From an uncultured Syntrophomonadaceae bacterium (lineage in GTDB: Bacteria; Bacillota; Dethiobacteria; DTU022): DNA of 49,773 nucleotides. The DNA lies in contig CAZQEV010000001.1 of the NCBI GenBank assembly GCA_964592135.1, positions 1-49,773 on the forward strand, written 5' to 3'. Under the pieces are notes generated by a model. That model worked only from the letters and a program-made list of their open reading frames with translations, made no database searches and had not been told where the DNA came from. The translations under genes were made by a program, and so were the position numbers. The first letter of the stretch is position 1. Each line of letters begins with the position of its first letter. Of this stretch, positions 1 to 10,100 are shown piece after piece.

Positions 1-226
1 CCCGGAATTGAAGATCCCCGGGGCCTGGAAAACTGTGCGCCGCCTCCTCGAAGAGAGGCCCTCCACAGCAGGAGTTCAATTGTATCAGCTCTCCTGGTAC
101 ACCTATTGATAGGAAGTTAAAGGGGGAAGAACAGAGGTCGGAAACGTCGTCACCGGACAATAAGGTAACTGGAGAACTGTCTCCGGCCGGTTCCAGTAGC
201 GATTTTTCGCTTCACAGGCAGAGTTA

Positions 227-259
227 AGAGGGGTGCTCCCCCATGGGGCGCACCCCTCT
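227..259 (-). terminator. GC-rich stem-loop just downstream of fhs (probable terminator, weak U-tract)
   Basis: agaggggtgc (227-236) pairs with gcacccctct (250-259), with extra inner cccc/gggg pairing. It starts 33 nt past the fhs stop. Neither strand has a strong T-run. Confidence 0.4.
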
Positions 260-291
260 ACTATCTTCAGCCGGAGATCACTGGTCCCCGG

Positions 292-2055
292 CTAGAACAG
301 CCCTTTAACCTTTCCTGTTTCCACATCGACGTCAACATTCATAAACGCCGGGTTGGCTGCAGTGCCGGGCATGAGTGAAATAGCTCCGGCAACGGGAACC
401 ACAAAACCTGCCCCGCCGTAGGTCAGGATATCCCTGATATAAAGTTTCCATCCCTTGGGCACACCCTTGATCAGCGGGTCGTCGGAAAGGCTGAGGTGGG
501 TCTTGACCATGCAGGTGCCGAGCTTCTGCATGGCGGGATCCTGTTCCATCTTCTTGGCCTTTTCCAGGGCAACCGGGGAATATTCCGCTCCGTCGGCACC
601 GTAGACCTCCCGGGCAATGAGATCGATCCGCTCGCGCAGCGGAGTCTCCAGCTCGTAAAGGAAGCGGAAGTTACTGGGTTCTTCGCAGGCCTCGATAACG
701 GCATCGGCAAGCTCGAGCGCACCCTCGCCGCCATACTGCCAATGTTTGGAGAGCGCCACCCTGGCCCCGGCTTCCTCAGCGAGGCGGCGGACCAGCTTGA
801 TCTCATTGTCGGTATCGGTATGGAAAGCATTGATGCAGACCACCGGGTTGATCCCGGCCTTTTTCACCGTATTGACATGATGGATCAGGTTTTCGCAGCC
901 TTTTTCCACCCACTCGAGATGCTCCTCGTTGTAGGCCGGATCCAGTGGCTGCCCCGGCAGCGGCAGCGGCGCCCCGCCATGGCACTTCAGAGCCCGAATT
1001 GTCGCCACGATCACCGCACATTGCGGAGTGAGGCCTGATTCGCGGCACTTGATATTCCAGAATTTTTCGAACCCGATATCGGCGGCAAAGCCGGATTCGG
1101 TAAGTACATAGTCGGAGAGCTTCAACGCCACCCGGTCGGCGATAATCGACGACTGGCCTACGGCGATATTGGCAAAGGGGCCGGCATGGACAAAGGTGGG
1201 CTGGCCCTCAAGCGTCTGCATCAGGTTCGGGTTGATCGCCTCCACCATCCATGCTGTCATCGCACCGGCAACCCCGAGATCTTCCGTGGTAATGGGAGTG
1301 CCCCGCTTGTCATAAGCTACAACAATGCGCCCCATCCGCTTGCGCATATCATCAAGATCGTTGGCCATAGCCAGGATAGCCATGACCTCGGAGGAGACGG
1401 CAATAGCAAAACCTGAGTTCATCATGAGGCCGTCTCTTTTAGTCCCCAGGCCGATGGTAATATTGCGCAGAGCCTGAGCGCAAAAGTCAATAATCCATTT
1501 CATCTCCACATTGCGGGGGTCGATATTCAAGCGCTTCAATTTCCTGCGCTCGAGGAAAGCATCGGTGGCGTTGAATTCATGCTGCAGCCGCGAGGTCACC
1601 GCAACCATGGCCAGGTTGTGGGCGTTCATCACCGCGTTGATATCACCGGTCAAACCGAGAGAGAAAGGGGTTAAGGGAATACACTGCGAAAGTCCGCCGC
1701 CGGCGGCGGAACCTTTTACGTTCATCGTCGGCCCGCCGGAAGGCTGGCGTATCGTAGCAAAAACATTCTTGCCCCGCTTTCCCATCCCCTGAGCCAGGCC
1801 CATAGTGGTGGTTGATTTTCCTTCACCCAGCGGTGTAGGGGTAATCGCCGTAACGTTGATATATTTACCGTCGGGCTTGTCCTTTAAACGATCGAGAACA
1901 CTCTTGTAATCGACTTTTGCTACATAATGGCCGTGTGGTAAGAGCTCCTCTTTCTCCAGCCCCAATTCCTCCGCCAGCTGGTAAACTGTTTTCATGGTGG
2001 CCTCGGCTGCCTCGGCAATCTCCCAGTCAGCATGTTTCGTCGGATCCAATGGCAT
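292..2055 (-). CDS. fhs: formate--tetrahydrofolate ligase
   Basis: 587-aa ORF with the family-typical [12 protein letters not shown] loop and full-length FTHFS-like sequence. The SD GAAGGAGG lies 6 nt upstream of the ATG. Confidence 0.93.
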   Translation of the reverse strand: MPLDPTKHADWEIAEAAEATMKTVYQLAEELGLEKEELLPHGHYVAKVDYKSVLDRLKDKPDGKYINVTAITPTPLGEGKSTTTMGLAQGMGKRGKNVFATIRQPSGGPTMNVKGSAAGGGLSQCIPLTPFSLGLTGDINAVMNAHNLAMVAVTSRLQHEFNATDAFLERRKLKRLNIDPRNVEMKWIIDFCAQALRNITIGLGTKRDGLMMNSGFAIAVSSEVMAILAMANDLDDMRKRMGRIVVAYDKRGTPITTEDLGVAGAMTAWMVEAINPNLMQTLEGQPTFVHAGPFANIAVGQSSIIADRVALKLSDYVLTESGFAADIGFEKFWNIKCRESGLTPQCAVIVATIRALKCHGGAPLPLPGQPLDPAYNEEHLEWVEKGCENLIHHVNTVKKAGINPVVCINAFHTDTDNEIKLVRRLAEEAGARVALSKHWQYGGEGALELADAVIEACEEPSNFRFLYELETPLRERIDLIAREVYGADGAEYSPVALEKAKKMEQDPAMQKLGTCMVKTHLSLSDDPLIKGVPKGWKLYIRDILTYGGAGFVVPVAGAISLMPGTAANPAFMNVDVDVETGKVKGLF

Positions 2056-2173
2056 AAAAAAACCTCCTTCAATAAATTTAATTAAATTTTACCTTAACCT
2101 CCCGCTTTCTCTCCTTTATGCATAACTTATTCCACAAATCCGGTTTGATTCCTGCATTAAGTTATTTAATTCA

Positions 2174-3127
2174 CTAATTTTTTAAATCTTTAATTGATGG
2201 GATCGCGGCCAAAGACCGTGCTGTCAGCACAGCTCTTTCAACAGCCGCTGCTACCGCCTCCGCGGCCATGGTCCCGGCGAGGCTGACGTCGGCCTTTTCC
2301 TCTCCCCTGGAGAGAGTGAAAATAGTGTCGCCGTCCCACATTGTATGGGCCGGCCAAATAGAGCGGGCCAGACCATTGTGAGCCATCTGGGCAATCTTGC
2401 ACAGCGCTTCCCGGGAAAAAGATCCGTTTGTGGCCACCACGCCGAGGGTGGTATTCCCCGGGAAATTATTACCGGCAAGGCCTGCCATCAAATCGGCGGT
2501 GCACTCCATGGCCCCTGTTTCGGGGTTGCGCGGGCCGGCCAGCAACTCGCCCTGCCGGTCAAAGATATCGCCAAAAGCATTTACAGCCACCAGGGCGGCA
2601 ACAATAAGACTGCCGCAGCGGCAGGAGGCGCTCCCCTGTCCTGACTTGACCGCCTGCGGCGGACCGTAGAACTTGCCCACAGTAGCCCCCGTTCCCGCAC
2701 CCACAGAGCCCTCCGGCACCGGCCCTGTTGAGGCATTCAGGCAGGCTTGATAGCCCATTTCTGCATCGGGACGTATATGCATGTCACCGATGAAGAGGTC
2801 GAACAGAATTGCCGCCGGGACAATTGGCACACGCAGCGGACCGACGAGATGACCCCGGCCCCGCTCCTCGAGGTAGCGCATCACCCCACTCGCGGCATCA
2901 AGCCCGAAAGCACTGCCGCCGGCCAGGACGATCGCCTGGACCTCTTCAACAAGCTGTGAGGGCCGCAACAGATCGGTTTCCCTGGTCCCGGGAGCCGAGC
3001 CCCTCACATCCACCGCGGCACGGGCGCCATCCTCGGCCAGGATCACCGTTGCTCCCGTTGCCGCTTCCTCATCGGTACAGACACCCACTTTGATTCCCTC
3101 TATTTCTGTAATGCCACCCACAAGCAT
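2174..3127 (-). CDS. P1/S58 family peptidase (DmpA/BapA-like L-aminopeptidase)
   Basis: Motifs GSAPGTRETDLL, LAGGSAFGL and the self-processing region GNTTLGVVATNG are present. The ftsH terminator (3162-3191) lies inside the longest ORF, so I place the start at ATG 3127 (a GTG at 3121 is also possible). Confidence 0.8.
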   Translation of the reverse strand: MLVGGITEIEGIKVGVCTDEEAATGATVILAEDGARAAVDVRGSAPGTRETDLLRPSQLVEEVQAIVLAGGSAFGLDAASGVMRYLEERGRGHLVGPLRVPIVPAAILFDLFIGDMHIRPDAEMGYQACLNASTGPVPEGSVGAGTGATVGKFYGPPQAVKSGQGSASCRCGSLIVAALVAVNAFGDIFDRQGELLAGPRNPETGAMECTADLMAGLAGNNFPGNTTLGVVATNGSFSREALCKIAQMAHNGLARSIWPAHTMWDGDTIFTLSRGEEKADVSLAGTMAAEAVAAAVERAVLTARSLAAIPSIKDLKN

Positions 3128-3161
3128 ACCACCTTTCTCCCCTCTGTTTCCTTTTATGCAC

Positions 3162-3191
3162 AAACAAAAAGGCTGCCCCACCGGGGCAGCC
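3162..3191 (-). terminator. rho-independent terminator of ftsH
   Basis: On the minus strand, ggctgcccc-ggt-ggggcagcc forms a 9-bp GC stem followed by tttttgtttg. It lies 14 nt downstream of the ftsH stop. Confidence 0.75.
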
Positions 3192-3204
3192 CCTCATGTT
3201 GGCA

Positions 3205-5172
3205 TCAGGTGGGCTCTTCGGACGGTTTATCGACAGCCTCGTTTTGCTGAAAAGATGTACAAGGCTGTACTTTTGTCTTCCCCGTCACATTTTTTTCGCC
3301 GCGCCTCTCCGGGCGGACAGCACCTTCAGTCCGGGCAGCTTCCGCTTTCTCTTTTTCTCTCCTGACAGCTTCAAGCTCCTCCAGGCCTCCCCCTTCAACA
3401 AGGGCGGTAATCTCCTGGGCGTCAAGAGTCTCTTTTTCCAGAAGGGCATGGGCAATGAGGTCGAGCTTATCGCGATTTTCCTCCAAAATCTCCCTGGCCC
3501 GCTCGTAGCATTGATCGATTGTCCGGCGGATTTCATGATCGATCGCTTTGGCAATCTCCTCACTGTAATCGCGGTCCCGGCCAATATCCCGGCCCAGAAA
3601 TACCTGGTCCTGCTTGTGACCGAGAGTGATTGGACCCAGCGAGTCACTCATGCCATACTCCATGATCATTTGGCGGACAATAGCGGTGGCTCTCTCCAGA
3701 TCATTCTGCGCTCCGGTGCTGATCTCGTCGAGAACCAGTTTTTCCGCCACCCTTCCAGCCAGCAGTGTAGTGACACGATCTAAAAGTTCGGACCGGGTCA
3801 TGAAATAGCGATCTTCTTCGGGAAACATCAGGGTGTAGCCGCCGGCACGTCCGCGTGGGATAATCGAAACTTTATGCACCGGGTCGGTATGCGGCAGCAG
3901 ATAACCCACAAGAGCATGACCTGCTTCATGAAAAGAAACAATCTTCTTTTCAAACTCGCTGATCACGCGGCTCCGTTTCTGGGTTCCGGCGATAATTCTC
4001 TCAACAGCCTCTTCAATCTCTTTTTTACCAACGCGCTTGCCGCCGGTGCGCGCCGTCAACAGAGCGGCCTCGTTAACAACGTTTTCCAGGTCTGCCCCGG
4101 TAAAGCCGGGGGTGGCCCGGGCGATGTCCCGCAAGCTGACTTCATCAGAAAGGGGCTTGTTGCGGGTATGCACCTTCAAAATCTCCTCGCGTCCTTTTAC
4201 ATCGGGTACTCCCACCGCAATTTCGCGGTCAAAACGCCCTGGACGAAGCAGGGCCGGGTCAAGAATATCAGGGCGGTTTGTCGCCGCCAGGATGATGATC
4301 CCTTCATTTACATCAAATCCATCCATTTCCACCAGGAGCTGGTTCAAAGTCTGCTCCCTTTCATCATGGCCACCGCCGAGACCGGCGCCGCGCTGCCGTC
4401 CCACCGCATCGATCTCATCGATGAAGACGATGCATGGTGAATTCTTTTTTGCGTTTTCAAAAAGATCGCGCACCCGTGACGCTCCCACACCCACAAACAT
4501 CTCCACAAAATCAGAACCGCTGATACTGAAAAAGGGTACTCCCGCCTCCCCGGCCACCGCCCGGGCCAGCAGCGTCTTCCCCGTTCCCGGCGGTCCCACC
4601 AGCAGGATCCCCTTGGGAATGCGCGCTCCCAGTTCGATATATTTACGGGGATCAGCAAGAAAATCAACCACTTCAGCCAGTTCAGCCTTCTCCTCGTCGG
4701 CACCGGCAACATCACTGAACGTAACCCTTTTCCGGTCACCCTCGTGGAGCCGGGCCCGGCTTTTACCAAAGTTCATCACCTTGCTGCCGCCACCCTGCGT
4801 CTGTTGCATGAAAAAGAAAAAAAGACCAAAAAGCAATAGGAAGGGGATGGCATAGGTGAGGGCGGTCTGCCACCAGCTGGGGCCACGCGGTGGATTGGTT
4901 TCATATTCAATATTTTTTTCCAGGAGGAGGTCGCTCAAGCTGTGATCGCCCGGACGGGTTGAAACAACGGTCCGGCCGTCTTTCAGCTCAGCCTGGATCT
5001 CATCGCCATAAAGGATAACCTTTTTCACCCTGTTGGCTTCAACCTGCTCGATAAAATCATTGTACGCGATCTGCTCCGGCGCTGTTCCCGTGTTGTAAAG
5101 AAGCCTCATTCCGAAAAAAAAGAGCAGCGCAATGATCAGATAGAACAGGATCTGCCTTCTAAACAATTGCAT
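3205..5172 (-). CDS. ftsH: ATP-dependent zinc metalloprotease FtsH
   Basis: Walker [12 protein letters not shown], Walker [11 protein letters not shown], and zinc site HEAGHA are present, with an N-terminal TM segment. I chose the start at ATG 5172 (MQLFRRQ...) because GGAGG lies 8 nt upstream. The longer ORF start at 5250 has no SD. Confidence 0.95.
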   Translation of the reverse strand: MQLFRRQILFYLIIALLFFFGMRLLYNTGTAPEQIAYNDFIEQVEANRVKKVILYGDEIQAELKDGRTVVSTRPGDHSLSDLLLEKNIEYETNPPRGPSWWQTALTYAIPFLLLFGLFFFFMQQTQGGGSKVMNFGKSRARLHEGDRKRVTFSDVAGADEEKAELAEVVDFLADPRKYIELGARIPKGILLVGPPGTGKTLLARAVAGEAGVPFFSISGSDFVEMFVGVGASRVRDLFENAKKNSPCIVFIDEIDAVGRQRGAGLGGGHDEREQTLNQLLVEMDGFDVNEGIIILAATNRPDILDPALLRPGRFDREIAVGVPDVKGREEILKVHTRNKPLSDEVSLRDIARATPGFTGADLENVVNEAALLTARTGGKRVGKKEIEEAVERIIAGTQKRSRVISEFEKKIVSFHEAGHALVGYLLPHTDPVHKVSIIPRGRAGGYTLMFPEEDRYFMTRSELLDRVTTLLAGRVAEKLVLDEISTGAQNDLERATAIVRQMIMEYGMSDSLGPITLGHKQDQVFLGRDIGRDRDYSEEIAKAIDHEIRRTIDQCYERAREILEENRDKLDLIAHALLEKETLDAQEITALVEGGGLEELEAVRREKEKAEAARTEGAVRPERRGEKNVTGKTKVQPCTSFQQNEAVDKPSEEPT

Positions 5173-5283
5173 CTTTAGAACCTCCTCTCTGTAGCCAATT
5201 TCGATTTTTTGCTCCTTTATTCTAACATACCGCATACCTGTAGGCAACAAAGTTCAGGTTTGCCACCGCAGGGACTAATAGCG

Positions 5284-5814
5284 CTAGGGCTCCGGATCAA
5301 GAAAATATATCCCTCCGAGATAGCGGTAATCCTCGTTAAAGTCAAGGCCGTAGCCGATTACAAAACGATCGGGAATTTCAAATCCGCAGTAGTCGGGAAT
5401 AAATTCCACCTGCCGACGAGCCGGTTTATCCAGCAGTGTCACTATTTTAAGCGAACTCGGCTGCCGGCTGAGCAGGTTTTTACGGAGATAGTTCAAGGTT
5501 AAACCGGTATCCACGATGTCCTCAACAATAAGGACATCTTTCCCTTTGATACTGCTGTCAAGGTCTTTAAGGATGCGGACTACTCCCGATGAGGCGGTGT
5601 CCGATCCATAACTGGAGACAGCGATAAAATCAATCTCCACCGGTATTTTCAAACGCCGCATGAGATCGCTTGTAAAAACTACAGCGCCTTTCAGCACACA
5701 GATGAGCAGCAGCTTTTTCCCTTCATATTCAGCCGATATTTGATCCGCCAACTCCGCCACCCGGCGGGCGATCACCTCCTCTTCAAGCAGTACTTTAAGA
5801 TTTTCATCTTTCAA
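5284..5814 (-). CDS. hpt: hypoxanthine phosphoribosyltransferase
   Basis: PRPP-binding motif LIVEDIVDTGLT is present. It uses a TTG start with GAGGAGG 7 nt upstream. It sits in the conserved position between tilS and ftsH. Confidence 0.9.
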   Translation of the reverse strand: MKDENLKVLLEEEVIARRVAELADQISAEYEGKKLLLICVLKGAVVFTSDLMRRLKIPVEIDFIAVSSYGSDTASSGVVRILKDLDSSIKGKDVLIVEDIVDTGLTLNYLRKNLLSRQPSSLKIVTLLDKPARRQVEFIPDYCGFEIPDRFVIGYGLDFNEDYRYLGGIYFLDPEP

Positions 5815-5827
5815 CGGTGCGCCTCCT

Positions 5828-7231
5828 CTACATTGATTTCTTCATTTCCAAAACGAGAACATTCGATGTCCGGCCCGTGACCCGGTAGGGATGGCCGATA
5901 CGTTTCCCCGTCACCCAGATCACCTCATCGCCGGCGGTCACCAGGGGGTGACTGTCTCTTCGGTGGCGAGGAACCTTCTGATCGATCATAAACTCCTTCA
6001 GTTTTTTGGCACCGGGAGCCCCCTGCGGGTGAAACCTCGCACCGGGCCAGCGCGACCGGAGCACCAGGGGACCGGGCAGTGAATCGTAATCCAGGTAGGC
6101 CTGGTTCGGCTGCGGAGGCCAGCTCAATCCGCCCGGATCCACGAAATAGGCTTCCACATGAAAACGCCCGCCTGGAAGGTCGGTGCGCCCCGGTATATGC
6201 ATGGACCGTACCGGAAATACCCCTTCTTCCGCCGGCTTTACCGCTGTCAGGGTTAAATACCCGTAAGAACGACAGGCCCGGACGCCGCCCGGGAGAGAAA
6301 GCTCCCGCGACGGACCCGACCGTCCCGCAAGCTCAAGTATTTGTTGAACATGCCTCCGGCCGATTCTCCTGCCCGGAACAAACTGCATAAGCACTCGGTA
6401 GGCAACACGCCCGCGCAGTGATGGGGGCATTGAGTTAAAGGTTTCTCGCTCCAGGATCAGCCGATCATTTTCCCGGCAGGTCACCCGCCGGTACATCTTT
6501 TCCGCCTCCGATTCAAGAAAGGCACGATCTGCGGCAATCAGCGAGGCCGTATGCGCCAGGGAACGTTTCAGGTTGGGATTGTATCTCTTCTCCAGGTAAG
6601 GAATCAATTCCAGCCGGATCCGGTTGCGGGTATAATCGGTTTTCAGGTTGCTGGCATCAAGGGCGGGTTCAAGTTTCTGATCCCGGCAGTAGCATTCGAT
6701 TTCATGCCGTGAGATACCCAGCAGGGGGCGGATCAGCTCCACCGGACCATAAGTGCGCCTCGGCAGAATCCCGGCAAGCCCGCCGGGCCCGGTACCCCTG
6801 AGCAGGTTAAATAGCACCGTCTCCGCCTGATCATCAAGCTGCTGGCCCAATGCGATCTTGCCGGATCCATGTTTTTTAGCCGCCTTCAGCAGAAAACGAA
6901 AACGGACGATCCGGGAGGCCTCCGATGCCGATAATCCCCGGCCCTTCCGGAAGGCAGGCACATCGATAGCCGCCCCTTCAAAAGGCAATGACCAGGCGGC
7001 AGCCAGATTGCAAACTGTCTCCGCCTCCGTCTTCGCTTCAGGTCTGATGCAGTGATCGAGGTGAGCGACAACCAGGGACAGCCTGTAGCGAGGCGCAAGG
7101 GCGCGCAGAATATGGAGCAGGCAGATCGAATCGGGGCCCCCCGAGACAGCAACAAGAATGCGTTCGCCCTGCTCCAGAAGCCGGTGCTGATCGATATAGC
7201 GGGCTACCTTTTCAACAAGCATGGTCTCCAT
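5828..7231 (-). CDS. tilS: tRNA(Ile)-lysidine synthetase
   Basis: PP-loop motif AVSGGPDS is present in a 467-aa protein with a C-terminal TilS domain. The synteny tilS-hpt-ftsH is conserved. The start could be 7231 or 7222; the SD is weak. Confidence 0.88.
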   Translation of the reverse strand: METMLVEKVARYIDQHRLLEQGERILVAVSGGPDSICLLHILRALAPRYRLSLVVAHLDHCIRPEAKTEAETVCNLAAAWSLPFEGAAIDVPAFRKGRGLSASEASRIVRFRFLLKAAKKHGSGKIALGQQLDDQAETVLFNLLRGTGPGGLAGILPRRTYGPVELIRPLLGISRHEIECYCRDQKLEPALDASNLKTDYTRNRIRLELIPYLEKRYNPNLKRSLAHTASLIAADRAFLESEAEKMYRRVTCRENDRLILERETFNSMPPSLRGRVAYRVLMQFVPGRRIGRRHVQQILELAGRSGPSRELSLPGGVRACRSYGYLTLTAVKPAEEGVFPVRSMHIPGRTDLPGGRFHVEAYFVDPGGLSWPPQPNQAYLDYDSLPGPLVLRSRWPGARFHPQGAPGAKKLKEFMIDQKVPRHRRDSHPLVTAGDEVIWVTGKRIGHPYRVTGRTSNVLVLEMKKSM

Positions 7232-7371
7232 AGGGGCACAGCTTGCCGCGCCCTCCTGTCAAGACAAAAGGTCCATACTACCCCGGGATCCTTCGCTGCG
7301 CCCAGGATGACAGTGCCGGGTCCGGGCGCCTTCATCGCAATGACTTGAATGTTCTTTACTACTTCCAACAT
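7204..7371 (-). CDS. hypothetical small protein (55 aa), candidate only
   Basis: The ORF reads MLEVVKNIQVIAMKAPGPGTVILGAAKDPGVVW.... GGAGG lies 4 nt before the ATG and 7 nt before the adjacent TTG. It sits between the spoIIE terminator and tilS and overlaps the tilS start by 28 nt. I recognise no family. Confidence 0.25.
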   Translation of the reverse strand: MLEVVKNIQVIAMKAPGPGTVILGAAKDPGVVWTFCLDRRARQAVPLWRPCLLKR

Positions 7372-7457
7372 CCAACCTCCAGTACAGCTTACCTCTGTTT
7401 TTGACTTCCTGCCCCTTGCTTCTTGTATGCTTATTTTACCATAGTATAGGCCCGGAA

Positions 7458-7508
7458 GATGAAATAAATAAAAGATGCAACCCTTGAACCCTCGTTCAAA
7501 GGTTGCAT
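7458..7508 (-). terminator. rho-independent terminator of spoIIE
   Basis: atgcaacccttgaac (7475-7489) pairs with gttcaaaggttgcat (7494-7508) in a 15-bp stem with one mismatch and loop cctc. On the minus strand it is followed by cttttatttatttc. Confidence 0.75.
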
Positions 7509-7546
7509 TGTAACCGTTCACTCCTGTTAACACGCTCTTTTTCCCG

Positions 7547-9727
7547 TTACCTCTTCTGACGTATAAGCCGGCAGGCTGCAACCGTCAGATCATCCCGCAA
7601 ACGACCGCCGGAACGGCGCGCCGCTTCTTCCAGAATCCGGTCGGCCACAATTTGCGGCGGGCTGTTTTCCATCATGCGCAGAAAGGAAACCAGCCATGTG
7701 AGATCCCCGTCAGGATCGCCCGCCCCATCGGTAACCTGAACCAGCAGGTCATTGGGTTGGAGCCTTTCCAAATAGCTCTCAACCTCCATTCTGGAGATAA
7801 CTCCCAGCGGAAGCGAGGGTGCTCCTATCGTGAACACCTCCTTTTCACGCTTAATCATGCTGGGAGCTGCTCCTATTTTCAAGAGCTCGAGCTCTCCTCC
7901 AACCAGGTCGATGAGGGCCATGTCCACGGTGGCAAATGTTTCGTCACCCGTGCGCAGTTGCAGCAAGGAGTTGACGCTGCGCAGCACGACCTCTTTATTG
8001 AAACCCGCTTCCAGCAGGCGCTCCAACATGACAATGGTCGCTTTACTCTCTGCTGCTGCGCGGGGTCCGTTGCCCATCCCGTCGCTAAGGATAATCACCT
8101 GTTCCCTGACACCCAGCTCGAGGAGACTGTAATAATCTCCGCAAACCTGCTGATTCCATCCCGCTTTCTGGGCCAGGCCCAGCTCAAGGTTGAAGAGGGG
8201 CGCCTGCTCACCCACGACGGGAGGAAACCGGTCTTCTTCAACTTCGCGGGCCAGGTCATGCATCACCTCTGCAAGGCCTTGCAACTGGCCCGAAACCAGC
8301 TCCTTCCCCTCCCTGACCTTCTGCTCCCAGAACCGGTTTACCACCATCAGCTCCTGTAAATTGTTGATCGCCCCTACCAGCGCCTCAGGCTGGTGGCATC
8401 TTTCCCGAAAGGCGGCGGGCAGATGGGCCGTCACCACCTTTCCTTCTCTTTCGGCGCGCTCCAACAGGTCCAGGATCAAACGGTGATGACTGTGCAGATC
8501 CTTCTCCCAGCAGCGCCGCCGGAACAAACAGGAGCGGCAAACACGGTTCATCAGGTCCTCCAACAAAATGGATCTCTCATCTTCTTCATGGCTCTGCCTG
8601 GCCGCGGTGGCCTGGCCGAAGCCCAGAGACAGTTCACTGAACAGCTTTGCCAGGTGCCGGATCCGCCCGGTAACTGCCTGACGTGTTTTTTCCGGTGCTC
8701 TCTCTCTTTCCCCAAAACCCAGTCCCTGCAGCTGAAGCGACAGCTTGCTGAGACTTCGTGCCGGGATCGCCAGGAATATAATGAGGGAGAGCAGGCCTTC
8801 CCTCCAGTAGAGTCCGGGCGTTTCCCCGGGGGCCAGCAGAAAAAGCACCGGCAAGGAGAACAAGAACCCAGCTGCAGAGCCCCACCGGCCGAAGGGCTTG
8901 AGCAGTCCGGTCCAAAAACCGCTAAAGGAGAGGGACCCGATATAAAGGTAAAAGCAGGGGTTCCCCAACCCCAGTATTGTCCCTGAAATTATCCCCATCG
9001 CGGCACCCCAACCTACCCCCAACAAGTAGGCCGGAAACAAAAGGGTAAGGTAACAGACGGCGGCTTCTACGGATAAGCCGGCCGCAGAGACTTTTTTCAG
9101 GCCGAACATGGCCAGAAAAAACACGAGAAACAGGGCCGGCAGCTCTTCCTGTTCCCACAGCGGCCTGTCCCTGCTGCGCGGGAGGAAGTCGATCAGGCGT
9201 AACGCCGGCAGCATAACCACTGCTGCCAGGAACCCGATGACCAGTTCCAGCGACAGGAAGAGAAAATCCAGGAGTTGAGGAGCGTTGAGCAAAGCGGGCA
9301 TCCGGTTCAGTGCTACCAGCACCGCGGTTGCTGCCAGCAGGGGGCTCCGCCCTTTGAATATCCGGAGAAAGAACCCCTCCAAGAACCAGACCGCCGCCAT
9401 CGCTCCCAGGAGGACAAATGCTGCCGGCACACCGCCGCCTGTCGTTGCCCGGCCTGCGAGGACAGCCGCCGCCACCAGGAAGCTTTGCTTCGGTTTTTCC
9501 CGCAATGCAATGAGCCAGAACATCGCCCCGAAAGGAGCGATCTCTCCCAGAATTTCGGCTCTGCCCAATAGGAAACCTGCCAGCGCCAGCAGGATATTGG
9601 GCGCGCTGAAGAGAGCCTGTCCCTTCTGGTAAAATGATCTCAAAGCATTGAGCCGTTCCTGGCTACCCCCGGTGGTAGCAGATGTGGCTTCGTGGGCAAA
9701 AGTTGTCCCTTCCATCCGCACAGACAT
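7547..9727 (-). CDS. spoIIE: stage II sporulation protein E (PP2C-type SpoIIAA-P phosphatase)
   Basis: About 10 N-terminal TM helices are followed by a C-terminal PP2C domain (GDYYS, ILSDGMGNG, TDG). The SD GGAGGAGG lies upstream of the ATG. The position upstream of tilS is conserved. Confidence 0.9.
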   Translation of the reverse strand: MSVRMEGTTFAHEATSATTGGSQERLNALRSFYQKGQALFSAPNILLALAGFLLGRAEILGEIAPFGAMFWLIALREKPKQSFLVAAAVLAGRATTGGGVPAAFVLLGAMAAVWFLEGFFLRIFKGRSPLLAATAVLVALNRMPALLNAPQLLDFLFLSLELVIGFLAAVVMLPALRLIDFLPRSRDRPLWEQEELPALFLVFFLAMFGLKKVSAAGLSVEAAVCYLTLLFPAYLLGVGWGAAMGIISGTILGLGNPCFYLYIGSLSFSGFWTGLLKPFGRWGSAAGFLFSLPVLFLLAPGETPGLYWREGLLSLIIFLAIPARSLSKLSLQLQGLGFGERERAPEKTRQAVTGRIRHLAKLFSELSLGFGQATAARQSHEEDERSILLEDLMNRVCRSCLFRRRCWEKDLHSHHRLILDLLERAEREGKVVTAHLPAAFRERCHQPEALVGAINNLQELMVVNRFWEQKVREGKELVSGQLQGLAEVMHDLAREVEEDRFPPVVGEQAPLFNLELGLAQKAGWNQQVCGDYYSLLELGVREQVIILSDGMGNGPRAAAESKATIVMLERLLEAGFNKEVVLRSVNSLLQLRTGDETFATVDMALIDLVGGELELLKIGAAPSMIKREKEVFTIGAPSLPLGVISRMEVESYLERLQPNDLLVQVTDGAGDPDGDLTWLVSFLRMMENSPPQIVADRILEEAARRSGGRLRDDLTVAACRLIRQKR

Positions 9728-9753
9728 CCTCCTCCATGGTCCCGGTATCTCAA

Positions 9754-9819
9754 ATTATAAAGAGGCGGATCTGAAATGTATGTCATAACCCGTAAGGGAG
9801 GGGAATCTTTTTTGCGACA
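9754..9819 (-). promoter_or_regulatory. putative Spo0A-activated sigma-A promoter of spoIIE
   Basis: On the minus strand: 0A-box-like TGTCGCA (9813-9819, consensus TGTCGAA), a -35-like ATGACA (9781-9786), an exactly 21-nt spacer, then TATAAT (9754-9759). As I recall, a 21-22-nt spacer is the hallmark of the Spo0A-dependent spoIIE and spoIIG promoters in B. subtilis. Confidence 0.5.
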
Positions 9820-9833
9820 AATATAGATACCGC

Positions 9834-10100
9834 TCAACGATTAGTCATTGTTCCCGGCAATATCTGAATGAGGATTCCGCCGGCAACCCTTTTATTGATG
9901 GCTACTCGCGTCCATCCAAATCGAATCAAGTAATCCGGCTGCCTGCGTTCCAGAATAAATCTCTCTCCCGGAAGAAACCCAAGGACTATGAGACGGTGCA
10001 CCGCCGGTTCATCCGGTTCAATAAATGAAACCACTTCTCCCCCCCGGCCGGGTTTCATATGTGAGAGTAGAATGAGATCACGCTTTCTTGGGCCAATCAT
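9834..10100 (-). CDS. feoA: FeoA-family protein
   Basis: 88-aa protein with an SH3-like FeoA pattern (...EVVSFIEPDEPAVHRLIVLGFLPGERFILERRQP...RVAINKRVAGGILI). It has a 4-nt ATGA overlap with the feoB stop. Confidence 0.7.
   Translation of the reverse strand: MIGPRKRDLILLSHMKPGRGGEVVSFIEPDEPAVHRLIVLGFLPGERFILERRQPDYLIRFGWTRVAINKRVAGGILIQILPGTMTNR

Noticed and set aside
2-109. An open frame at the left edge on the plus strand reads ...PELKIPGAWKTVRRLLEERPSTAGVQLYQLSWYTY*. A competing minus-strand frame from TTG 76-78 (MNSCCGGPLFEE...) runs off the window.
   Set aside because: Both are too short and truncated to identify. Neither has decisive signals, and I cannot choose between them from the sequence alone.
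2056-2173. I considered a possible THF riboswitch upstream of fhs.
   Set aside because: I could not find the conserved THF-riboswitch elements. The region is AT-rich promoter-like sequence with a strong SD only.
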